64,000 nucleotides of DNA from Raja brachyura (taxonomy: Eukaryota): contig OY740795.1 in NCBI GenBank assembly GCA_963514005.1, forward strand, positions 40,300,001 through 40,364,000, read 5' to 3'. A program made the position numbers and the translations under genes. Below the pieces are notes generated by a model. The model worked only from the letters and a program-made list of their open reading frames with translations, was not told the origin of the DNA and searched no databases. The first letter of the stretch is position 1; every line of letters begins with the position of its first letter. Shown one piece after another: positions 38,321 to 49,687 of the stretch.

Positions 38321-38450
38321 CACGGCCTGACCCACTGAGTTCCTCCAGCACTTTGTGTTTTTTAAATTTTTATTTAAGTAATTAATAGGTGAGAGATAAC
38401 ACCTCACAATTACAAATATGAATATTATTAGAGGTTAATAATTCACTTAC

Positions 38451-38550
38451 CTTCTCTAATACCCCCCTTCTCACACAGACATAGCTTCACAGCATCTACA
38501 GCTCTGGGACTGGTAAATATCAGGCCACCATAAGCTTCAGGGTGTGCAAG
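38451..38550 (-). CDS. UROS: UROS coding exon 3
   Basis: [33 protein letters not shown]; phase 0 to 1. Confidence 0.94.
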
Positions 38551-41500
38551 CTATGTGCAGAATATAATTAAACTATTATTGCAGAAGTAATCCCTTACAA
38601 TGCAGAAAGTACAATTTAAATGCCTATTACAAAATTACTATAAAAGTTCATGTGAATATCACAATTACTTGACCAAGTATTTAAACTTTTCACAATAACT
38701 TTCTTTAAAAAATGAACTTATACTTAATCACAATTAATTTCAGCACTGAATCTCAACTTCATCTTATAATTGTATTCAAAAGCTAAAATCTCTCTTGGGA
38801 TATAATCATTCTGCATAGCAATTGTCTAACCAACCATAGACATGCACTTGTCTAGTAGGAAAACACATTGTCTACACTTAGATAATAAAAACAAACGTCA
38901 CCTGTACATTTCTTAAGCATTTATCCCATTTCAGTAGTTAAGAGCAGAAATAATTCAATGTTCAAAAAATGCTTACTTTTCATTTTATTGTGTAAATTCA
39001 CAAATGTTTCTTGTCCCAAATGATTTGATCTTACATGTCCAATGTGCTAGTTAATAATCATCTTTTACTTGCTAATCTGAAACAAAGTAACCCATATGGA
39101 AAAAAAAGGACATAAATAGCTGGAGTAACTCAGCGAGATAGGTAGCATCCGTGTGGAACATGGACAGTTGATGTTTCGGGTCGGGATCGTTCTTCTACCC
39201 GTTCAATCCTATAAGGATTCCCAATTATTCACATATGACTAATATACAACTGTAATAAGATGAGCATTATTAAAGTAACTGATAATAACATGGTCAATGA
39301 AGAATTGTTTTCACTAACATTTCAGAATGACATTGATTGGAAATGAATGAGTTTATTTGCTAAATGCATCATAACAAGTGCATTATTTATCCTACAGCAA
39401 TGTACAAATTTAAATCAATACTCCCAGCAGTTTGTGACAATTAAATTCAGCACACAACTATTCGGGCTACAAAACATATTTGGATTTAATGTCTCACAAA
39501 AAAGTGGGTATAGGGCTTTGTGGATATAAAATTAAACATATTGTGATAATGTAATGTTATATACTGTTACAGATGTAACAAAACTGCTAATCTATATTTT
39601 GCAACCTCAACCTACATTAAAACTGCATAAAGTTGTAGTTGTAAAAATTAACAGTAATAACAAAAAATGACATCTAAATGATATTCCTACTTGTATGTAA
39701 TAATATTTTAAACAAAGGCTAGATCAGGCTGACTCTTGCTGGCTGCTCCAATTGGAACTGCCATCATTGAGCAAGAAACTGAAGTCACATGCTTTGAAAT
39801 CCATTTGTACAATCCTGAACTTTCATAAATCATGGTGTAAGGAGATGGTTTGGCTGTAACATGTTGAGTAATGATTCCTTGTTCGGAAAGGGTTAAACGG
39901 AGTGTGTCAGTTAAAATTGAGTTGTTGCCAAAGTCATATGCATGCTTTTCTGCTAAATTAACAGCACCACATTCAAGCAAGCAGTTCGCTTAGAAAAACG
40001 ATCGAATGTTTTGGAAGGTAGACAAAAATGCTGGAGAAACTCAGTGAGTGAGGCAGCATTCAATGGAGCGAAGGAACTAGGCGATGTTTCAGGTCGAGAT
40101 CCTTGTTCAATGTTTTGGAAGAATGCTTAGGCTAACTTATAAGGACCTTGCCATGAGACCACCTGCGGGATCACTAAGGCAACCCTTTGTCTTCCCAGAG
40201 ACATCCAAGACTAGCTCGATGTCTGTTGCGTCAAATAGCTCTAGTTTGAAAGGATACTTTCAACTGTTGTTCTTAAAATCAACTTGAAACTCGGGCTTTT
40301 GGGTATAAACATGCCTGTTGCACATGAGCTTATAGGACTTCGCCCTCAGAATGGATCATGACCGGGCCAAGAGAAAACTGCGAGCTGTGCTGCGGACAGA
40401 GCTGGCAGCTACTCATTGGGGGTCCCATCAAGCATGGTAAGTATGTTGTTAAGTATAAATGCTTTGTCCACTATAAAACTTGTATTGATTAATACCTTGT
40501 TTGCGTCGACTCCGATTCTGAAACCAAATAGTCGCAGTCAAAATTATTAAGCTAAGTGTTGCTTGCAACATTACGCATGGCTTAACTCAACATGTAGAGC
40601 TTATCTGGGGAAAAGCTTCAACAATTATTTAGCTTTGATTTGGTGTTCATAATTATTTGTTCATGTACTTTTAATTTTTATGTTTGAAAACTATACCTTC
40701 AATATTAATAATTTGTGAAAGTATCTGAATAAAAGGCAATTAAACTCTTAGTGACAATTTTCACAGTTGAAAGAGCACAATTTCCCAAGCTGCCAACCAT
40801 CAGGAACAGCACCGTTCTATTATGCTAACTAATAAAATTGTCAGCTTTCATACCATACAAATAGATAGAAAACGTTTAGGGCCAAATAAGGGCAAATTAG
40901 ACGAGCTTAGATGGCATCTTGGCCGGCATGGACAAAGGGCCTGTTTCTGTGCCCTATGACTCTATGATAAATGGACTTTAGGTGGTAGTGAGCTAGCAAA
41001 ATAGATTCTCCACATCAGACCCGGGTAAGTGCAGATATGAGCACACTTCAGTCACTGATTCCGGGAGAGAAATTCAAGTAAACAAGATCTGTTCTAATAT
41101 TTATATTTTAAGTTTCATCTTCAACATTCTTCACAATTTGTTTTATTGAGATAAATAAGTAATTGTACAAATATTACACCCGCAGTAAACTTTAAAAACC
41201 CACAAGCCAGTTTCATTAGTTATATTATTCACATCAACAAGTACTTTTCATTTATATTTTGCATCTAATTGTTCTAAGATGCTTCAATGAGTAGACAAAC
41301 AAAATAGTTGAATTGTCAAAGGAGATATTTGTAGATAAATAAAGAACATTTTGGAGGAAGAGAGGTATTTTTATTGTGCATCCTCAAGGAGGGAAAGAAG
41401 GTAGAAAGTTGAAACTTCGGAGCTTAAAGTTTACACAGCTGGCAGTAATGCATTATTTAAACTTGTGGATGCTCTGGTGGTGAGAAGTGAAGGGAGCACA

Positions 41501-43351
41501 GAGTGTTTGGAGGGTTATGGGAGTGGAGAACATTACACAGGAGAAAAAAATACAAGTCACAGAGTTGTTTCTAAATCTGTGGCTCGCTTAACTAGTTGGC
41601 AATGTAGGCTACCAATCACAAAGATAATGGGTAAACATATTTGAAATAAGTTATGGCATAATCAGAAGAGGTTTGAATAACATTAAGTTTACTGAGAATT
41701 GAATTAAAGTTAAATACAGGGTGCAGAGATGATCTAGGTTAAAGCCTAGATATGAACTGAAGCTTTGCTCAATGTTAAGCATGAATCTATGAATTGTTGG
41801 GCTATACATGGGAAGGTAGGACGAGTGTAGATGAGGGCACCTCAGTGCGGGAAAGTTGTGCTAAAGGGCCTGGTTCCGTGCTGTATGGTTTCCATGAAGA
41901 TGCTTAGGTTCAGCATCGGGGGATAAAAACTGTGGCTAGAACTGCAGACAAGGGCTTCAGATTTCCCAGTTCTACTGTTCATCCATTGAGAAATATTGGA
42001 GGGTTAAAAAAGACAATGCTGAGGCCCTTAGTGTAAATGTTGGAAGTGCTGTCATATTTTCTGATAATGTTGACGATGGACAATGCTTATATTTGGAAAA
42101 AGAATGGATCTAAGATTACCTGAAGTAATTATGTGAGTTTGTGGGGAAAAAAAGCTGTTACTATTGATTCGATAAGAATAGAAGTAAGTAAATGCTGTTA
42201 TACTCATTTGGAAAATATTGGAGGAATGTTGGAATAGGAAGATGTGGTCAACTGATTGAGAATGTCAGGAGTTTTAGATTATCAATATCATGAGCATACA
42301 GGATATATTTAATGGTTGGGATCAGCTTCACCTCAGTGCTGTTCCTTGGTAAATAAAACTGGATTATAAAAATTCAAACAAGAAGCTCCAGACAACAACG
42401 GCATAGATTTGGAATGTAAAGACCAATTTGGGGATGGTAGTTTGAAATAGTGAATTAGTCATTTACTTTTTTTTTATGGTAACGTATGACTCTGGATTGA
42501 AAGAAGGGAATGGCAGTAACTGAGGCATTAACAATGCCAACAAACTGTTGAAGCCAGGAAGAGAAGTTGCACGATTAGCAGTTTAATTGGGAAACTGTGT
42601 CTATAAGGAACAAGGTCTCATGGACTAGATGGTTTATTCAGAGAACCAACAAAATATTTAAAATTTGGTCTGGTGGTTTTAAGGAGAAGGAAGAAAAGTG
42701 GTCGGAACTGAAAACGGAATAATCTAGTTGTTAAATGACCTCCTTGCACTTGTTATCTGTGTTCAATGTGAAGGAGACAGAGGAGATTGGTTACGAAGAA
42801 GTTGGGTGTTATCCCTGCAGATCAGGGTGATCATGGAGCAGTATGATGGAACAGTTTTTCCAGATGAGAGCAGGGTGATAATATTTGTGGTTCAGTCAAA
42901 CCCAATGATGAACTGATGATCTTTAGGAGTACTATAGCATAATAAATTAAAATGTAATGTCATCGGTAATATTATAACTGTTCAATTGCTTCATGTTTTA
43001 TTCCTATTTGGGCTCTTTATTATAATATTGTCAAAGTGATTACGTGCATTTTTAAAAAAAACTTTATTTCAGTTCATAATTTTTGCTCAATGTTAACTTA
43101 ATTTGCTGTTTTTCCTGCACATTTCATAATGCATCCATTTCCTAAAGACTGCGTTCCATTGCCAACTTAAAATTATTTTAAAGATTTGCAAACTTCAATA
43201 GAGTTCTGAATTACCAGTATCATGGTGCATAAATCTTCATCTTTTCTGTGACATAATTCAGATGTCTTCACTAACATAGACTATCACCTCACTATCTAAC
43301 ATAATGTACAGCATTAATTGTCTAAGTGTTCAATATTTCACTACCCGTTAC

Positions 43352-43435
43352 CTTTTTTGATAAGTCTTGAAGTGATATAAACTCAAAGGATAAAACAGGA
43401 ATTAAAGTTGCTTGAAGGCCATATGAAGCAAATTC
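43352..43435 (-). CDS. UROS: UROS coding exon 2
   Basis: EFASYGLQATLIPVLSFEFISLQDLSKK. Confidence 0.94.
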
Positions 43436-43758
43436 CTGAAAACAAATAGTCCAAGTTATAAAACATTACAGAAATTGATTTATTTCCATATGAAATTGTA
43501 AAGCATCATTTAGATCTAGCATATTCAAATAAAATCTTCAACTAAAATATCAGGCATAAAGTCTGTGTTGCATTGAATAACATTTCTAAGAAAATACTTT
43601 CAAGATTTTGGAGTGGAGTTACTCCAGCACATTTTGTCTTTTTTTTGTAAGCCAGCATCTGCAGTCCCTTATGTCTAATTTTTCAATATTTTGGTTACTT
43701 ACTATACTAAACAAATACAACAACAGCAAAGTGATATGAAATTTTACAGGGGACTTAC

Positions 43759-43821
43759 ATGAACATATGGATCAGGTCCCAATTCTGCTTCCTTAGGATC
43801 TTTAAGCAAAAGGACTTTCAT
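43759..43821 (-). CDS. UROS: UROS first coding exon
   Basis: MKVLLLKDPKEAELGPDPYVH|gtaagt; likely acceptor at 43867 gives a short 5' UTR; joined CDS is 789 nt = 262 aa. Confidence 0.94.
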
Positions 43822-44675
43822 TTCTCACACTTCATCCACATTGTCAAGAAGTCGAATGGCAAATAACTGAAATAGCTTGGAGCACAAGACCATAAACTCT
43901 AACTTACAGATTTAATTTCAAGATAGCATTGCGTCAAATAATCATTGATGACCTATTTCTAGCAACACCCTTTCTTACAAAGTAGATGTCTACACACAAA
44001 CTTAAACCATCACCAATTTCAACAAATGTCTTTTTAGATAAACCTTAACCGTTGAGATTAACAGTGCTTCAGCCCCTGTGGCTCCTCCTGTATTGCAGTT
44101 CACAGTTCATTTATTCACTGAGCATCCAGTTTACTTTTATATAAAAATTAAATTATTTGGGGCTTTTCACTTTTGTTTTCAAACAGTTTGCTTAATAATT
44201 TTGTCTTGTTTCACCCTATAACAAAAAAAGTTTATTTTTGTGCATTTTCTTTTCTTTGTAAATGTACCTGGCTGAAACTTAGGTCCTTTCTCAGTATTTT
44301 ACATAACATGTTCACTTTTCATGTTCCTCCTTGCATTATCCATCACTTTCTTTACCACATATCTAGAATGTATGCTCTTTGGCATTGAACTTCCATCTGT
44401 TTCTGACAGCCACAAAGCATGCCATGTTTTAATGTTCCTAGAACTACAATGGGTTCTGAAACAACTCAGCATTCCATCTTCCTAGCACATCCAACCTGGC
44501 CAGCAAACATAACAAATGTCAGTGGCATGTGGCCAAATCTGTGCAAGTATCATTGAGCTCTTAGAGTTAGCCAAATATGTTAAGATTTCACATGTCACCC
44601 CTCTCCTACCAAATACAGTTGCATGGCCTGAACAACCCCTAATTAGTCATTTGGTTGAGAAAAACATGGAAAAGT

Positions 44676-46271
44676 GACACAATGCTAGAGTAACTTAGTG
44701 GATAAGGCAGCATCTCTGGGGAACATGAGGTGACGTTTCGGATTGGGTCTCATCTTCATACTGATTGTGATAGGGCATGAAGGAGAAAGCTGGAAGAGAG
44801 GAGGGGAAGGATCTACAATTAAAAGGTGGACATAACTGAGGGGGATTTTTGATTACCAGATGGTTGGACAAAGGCCAGAAATGAAAAGACAGAATGTATG
44901 AGACAAGGATTAAAGAGTTGCAAATTGTGAAGCTAGAGGAAGGAATGTAGATGGAAGGGGAGGAGGAGGGAAGACATACATGCAAGTCTAGGTGTGGCAC
45001 AGGGGTGAGGAGGTGCAGGGGGTAAGAGATTGGAGTTTGGTAGTTACCTAAAATTGGAGAATTCAATGTTCTGAGGCAGAGAATTCCACAGACTCACAAC
45101 TCTTTGTGAAAAAAAGTGTTTCCTCATCTCCGTTCTAAATGGCTTACCCCTTATTCTTAAACTATAGCCCCTGGTTCTGGACTCCCCCAACATCAGGAAC
45201 ATGTTTCCTGCCTCTAACATGTCCAACCCCTTAATAATCTTATATGTTTCAATAAGATCCCTTCTCATCTCTCTAAACTCCACAGTATACAAGCCCAGCC
45301 GCTCCATTCTCACAGCATATGACAGTCCCCCATCCCGGGAATTAACCTTGTGAACCTAAGCTGCACTCCCTCAATAGCAAGAATGTCCCTCTTCAAATTA
45401 GTGGACCAAAACTGCACACAATATTCCAGGTGTGGTCTCACTAGGGCCCTATACAACTGCAGAAGGAACTCTTTGCTCCTATACTCAACTCCTCTTGTTA
45501 TAAAGCCCAACATGCCATTCGCTTTCTTCACTGCCTTCTGTACCTGCACGCTTACTTTCATTGACTGATGAACAAGGACCCCCAGATCCTTCCCTTCCCT
45601 CCCCCCCACCTCTTTTCTAGAGGTGTAGTCCATATAACTGTGAGAGTAGATGTTAGTTGATAGTATATCCCTGCTAGGGCCAAAAAAAAATCAAGAAAGT
45701 GAGTGTCAGAGATAATCAAAGTGAATTTGAGGGCAGGGTGCAGGTTGATGGTAAAGTTAGCAATATCAACATGTTCCAACGCGGGTGCAGGAGGCAGCGT
45801 GGTGGAAAAAGAGTCGGGGGTGGTGCCAGTGTACATTTAGAACAAGGGCTGACAGTCTGATGTCATTACAGGGGACAGACTATTGACTTACATCTACTAG
45901 AAACCCACCGATTCCCACCCTGCTTCTTGCAAAGACACTATTCCCTCCATAAATTCTCTGTCTATGCCATATTTGCTTTCAACATGAAGCTTTCCATTCT
46001 GGGACATCTGTAAGGTCCTCTTTCTTTAGTAAACATCATTCCCCCCCCCTGCTGTCATATGTAAATCCCTCAATTGGGTCTCCTGTGTACCGTAGTTCTG
46101 CACACATCTTATCTCCCCTCCAGATGGATCAAGGATAGAGTTCCCCTGGTCCTCACATTTCACCTGTACCTACTCTACCCTGATCTACCCCCCCCCCCAC
46201 CCCCCTACATATGTTCCTTCAACTTCAAATTGGCAACTCGCATCCTTTTATTTCACACCTTCTGTCTTTTC
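44676..46271. mobile_element. Nest of old Penelope fragments in both orientations, interrupted by CR1 (45071-45588, minus)
   Basis: NIEFSNFR GIY-YIG end at 45044-45070; HPALKFT RT remnant; [10 protein letters not shown] remnant on plus; CR1 peptide LYRALVRPHLEYCVQFWS. Confidence 0.7.
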
Positions 46272-46745
46272 AGATTAGTGTACAAACTTAAAGCATACGG
46301 CATTGGTCATTCAGTATTGATATGGATAGAGAACTGGCTGGCAAACAGGAAGCAAAGAGTAGGAGTAAACGGGTCGTTTTCACAATGGCAGGCAGTGACT
46401 AGTGGGGTTCCGCAAGGCTCAGTGCTGGGACCCCAGCTATTTACAATATACATTAATGATCTGGATTAAGGAATTGAAGGCAATATCTCCAAGTTTGCGG
46501 ATGACACTAAGCTGGGGGGCAGTGTTAGCTGTGAGGAGGATGCTAGGCGACTGCAAGGTGACTTGGATAGGCTGGGTGAGTGGGCAAATGTTTGGCAGAT
46601 GCAGTATAATGTGGATAAATGTGAGGTTATCCACTTTGGTGGCAAAAACAGGAAAGCAGACTATTATCTAAATGGTGCCGATTAGGAAAAGGGGAGATGC
46701 AGCACGACCTGGGTGTCATGGTACACCAGTCATTGAAAGTAGGCA
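46272..46745 (+). mobile_element. CR1 LINE RT fragment
   Basis: [58 protein letters not shown]. Confidence 0.88.
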
Positions 46746-46748
46746 GGG

Positions 46749-46841
46749 TTACACAAAAAGCTGGAGAAACTCAGCGGGTGCAGCAGCATCTAAGGAGTGA
46801 AGGAGATAGGCGACGTTTCGGGTCGAGACCCTTCTTCAGAC
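46749..46841 (-). mobile_element. Young Penelope terminal-repeat copy
   Basis: TTACACAAAAAGCTGGAGAAACTCAGCGGG...GACGTTTCGGGTCGAGACCCTTCTTCAGAC. Confidence 0.8.
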
Positions 46842-46843
46842 AA

Positions 46844-47419
46844 GGAAATACTGAAGAGCTCCTCCATGTAGAGCAAAAATAATAATGTGAAGGACATTTG
46901 CAAAATGATAAGCAGCTATAATGGGTACACTCAAATAACAGATGTCAAAGAACAAATTGTAAGTTAAATTTACTCGGTGACATATACAGATATTTTGTCA
47001 TCTGGCAGAATGCCAGTTAGAATGGGCAGTATGTATAGTATGGCTGGACAGTATTGCTGAAACTGCTCCAACGAAAGTGTAGAAACAAGCCATGTTCTCC
47101 AGAGATGCTGCCTGACCTGTGGAGTTCCTCCAGCACTTTTGTGTCTTTTTTTGCAAACCAATATCTGCAGTTCCTTGTTTCTACACTTTCGTTGGAGCAG
47201 TTTCAGCAATACTGGCCAGCCATACTATACATACTGCCCATTCTAACTGGCATTCTGCCAGATGACAAAATATCTGTATATGTCACCGAGTAAATTTAAC
47301 TTACAATTTGTTCTTTGACATCTGTTATTTGAGTGTACCCATTATAGCTGCTTATCATTTTGCAAATGTCCTTCACATTATTATTTTTGCTCTACATGGA
47401 GGAGCTCTTCAGTATTTCC
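46844..47419. repeat. Long inverted repeat: 246-bp arms, 84-bp spacer
   Basis: 46844-47089 is the reverse complement of 47174-47419 with one mismatch seen; mirrored ORFs in the track confirm. Confidence 0.95.
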
Positions 47420-48103
47420 ATCATATTTGTCATTCATTGTCTTGATTACTTTACATTACGTTACATGTATCAAAGAGAGTGAAGAGTGTTTTATTGTCAT
47501 ATGTTCAAAAACAGAACAATGAAATTCTTACTCGCAGCAGCGCAACATAATATGTAAATATGGTGCTCTGTAAACAATATAATAAACGAAAATGAAGTTC
47601 AGTATATATTTACATATACAAACAATAATAGTGCAAAAAGACAAAACCAATGCTCCCAAGTTTATGTAATTCAGAGCTTATTCTTAGGTTCAATGTTTAA
47701 AAACCTGATGGCTGTAGGGTAGAAGCTGTTCCTGAACATTACAGTTTTCAAGTTCCTATATCTTCATCCCGATGGCAGGGGTGAAATGAGTGTATGGCCA
47801 GGGTGGTATGGGTCTGATGATGCTGGTTGCCCTTTTAAGGCAGCGACTCCTAAATCCTTTCGACGGTGGGGAGGTCACTACCCGTGGTGGGGATCTGTCC
47901 TATATGTGTCTATCACTATATCTTTATCACAAAATACCCCAATCACTCATTGACCACATCCCCTCATTATTTCTCTCATATTATGTTTATTCCTCACTCG
48001 TCCCATCACACCAATTACCACAGTCACTCGTCGAATGTGCCCTGGCTGTTGTGTTTCTGTATCACAGCATCAAGTTACAGACACTCATTGACAGGCACGA
48101 AAT

Positions 48104-48272
48104 GCTGGAGTAACTCAGCGGGACTGTCGGGCAGCATCTGTGGAAAGAAGGGGAATGGGTGATGTTTCGGGTCGAGACCCTTCTTGAGAGTGAAGTAGGG
48201 TCTCGACCCGAAGCGTCGCCCATTCCTTCCCTCCACAGGGGCTGCCCGACAGTCCCGCTGAGTTACTCCAGC
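48104..48272. repeat. Inverted pair of Penelope terminal repeats (palindrome)
   Basis: GCTGGAGTAACTCAGCGGGACTGTCGGGCAGC ... GCTGCCCGACAGTCCCGCTGAGTTACTCCAGC. Confidence 0.85.
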
Positions 48273-48386
48273 TCTCCGTGTCAATGTTCGGTGTAAGCCA
48301 AAGATCATAGACTAGAGCCACCATCCATCTGCAGGTTCCTTATCTTTGCTTCACACATTGGTTGAGTTTATCTCTCACGGACTCAC

Positions 48387-48520
48387 TTCTCCTGCCCCTG
48401 TGGATACGAGCTCTCCGCTGCCCCGGACATGTATGTTAGTGGGCGGCAGCAGCGCGTTTACTCCATTTCCCCGCCGCCGCCAGCGTCGTATCTTTGGCGT
48501 CGTCGTCGTCGTCGCTTCTC
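48387..48520 (-). other. UROS: Probable non-coding first exon of UROS (5' end uncertain)
   Basis: Donor AGAA|gtgagt at 48387/48386 at the edge of the CpG island; human UROS has a non-coding exon 1 head-to-head with BCCIP. Confidence 0.55.
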
Positions 48521-49100
48521 GATGGTTCCGCCCTCGCGGCCCCGCCCCCTGCACTGACGTCAGCAACCTTACCCCCACGTGGGCCGACAGGGTCAAAGGT
48601 CGCGGGCCCCGGGCTTCACAGAGTCATCACTTGGCCAACAAACCCGCAGCAATTTTGCTGACAATGGCGGAATCGTGTAGAAGGCGCAGTTTATCGGGAG
48701 ACTGGTTAACGACTCGGCCGCTGCACCGCCCGTGCTGCTGGACAGGGGAGTGTCTGTGGGCTGAACTTCCGGCGGCGGTGGTGGTCCACCAAGATGGCGT
48801 CACGTCCCAAGCGCCGCGCTGTGGCCGAGGCTGTGGGGAACGGCAGCGGCTCCGGCTCCGGCTCCGAATCAGGGGGAGAGACCGGCTCCGGGGGAGAGTC
48901 TGATGGAAGCGGCGACAGCTCCGAGCTGGACCTGCAGCAGGTGCGTTCAGCGGGAGCCCGGGCCCACGTGGCAGCAGGCAGCCGGGGATCCGGGTGATGG
49001 AGCGGGGCTGAACTGCGCGTCCGGCCGGGTAGTGAAATGGGGTGTTTGTGAGGGCGAGAGGTGGCTGGTAGAAACGGCGGAGGGTGGGGAGCGTGGTGTA
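48400..49100. promoter_or_regulatory. CpG island, bidirectional UROS/BCCIP promoter
   Basis: GC/CpG-rich against an AT-rich background; GC box 48540-48549, CRE TGACGTCA 48555-48562, E-box CACGTG 48576-48581, DR1 48590-48602, ETS ACTTCCGG 48765-48772, YY1-like ATGGCG motifs at ~48661 and 48791. Confidence 0.85.
48794..48940 (+). CDS. BCCIP: BRCA2 and CDKN1A-interacting protein, exon 1
   Basis: aagATGG Kozak; MASRPKRRAV...ELDLQQ|gtgcgt. Confidence 0.9.
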
Positions 49101-49524
49101 GCTGGAGGGGCTGGGGTGGCGGGGAGAGATGCTGTGCCTATGTGGTGGGGATAATGCCTGCTGATGGGGGAGGAGAGTGAGCACGGCAGGGAGGGGGAGG
49201 GGGGGTTGCCAATGTCATTGCCGACCCATACTGCGTCCTCGGTCGTGCCTTACCACCACCACTTCCTGTATTAGCACCTTGGAACTTGGGATAGTTAAGG
49301 GTTTGTTTTCAGTTGAGAAAAGGCACCTCTGGCAGTACACTTTTGCTCAAACTAAATTTTATTGATGGGCCTCTACACATGAAATGCTGCATATTACACT
49401 TGGACAATCGGCAATAACAGACATTATCTCCCCCCCCCCATATGGTCTGTTACATGGGTGGTGTGGGGGGGGGGGGGGGGTTCACTGTATTCAATTTTCA
49501 TTGTCCGTGTTTTCTGCTTTGCAG

Positions 49525-49599
49525 GAAGTACAAGTAGATTTTGAAGCACATACCATATCTGACGGTGATTGCAATGGAATTAAGAGACTGTTAAAGCAG
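49525..49599 (+). CDS. BCCIP: BCCIP exon 2
   Basis: EVQVDFEAHTISDGDCNGIKRLLKQ|gtaacg. Confidence 0.93.
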
Positions 49600-49687
49600 G
49601 TAACGTGAAGTGTAAAGCTATCTTGCAATAGGAAAATTTATGTGGTTTGGTTCATATGCTAACAACTGTTGTCTTTATTGTTTACAG

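Noticed and set aside
45071-46745. Opposed CR1 fragments meeting at nearly the same RT position, suggesting twin priming
   Set aside because: The overlapping segments differ at many nucleotides (different subfamilies) and are separated by older Penelope DNA
46970-47293. Two near-identical 79-aa ORFs on opposite strands
   Set aside because: By-product of the inverted repeat; no ATG-led or protein-like signal
48346-49184. Long overlapping ORFs (185 aa on both strands) in the CpG island
   Set aside because: Expected from low stop-codon density in GC-rich DNA; only 48794-48940 matches a known protein and has a splice donor
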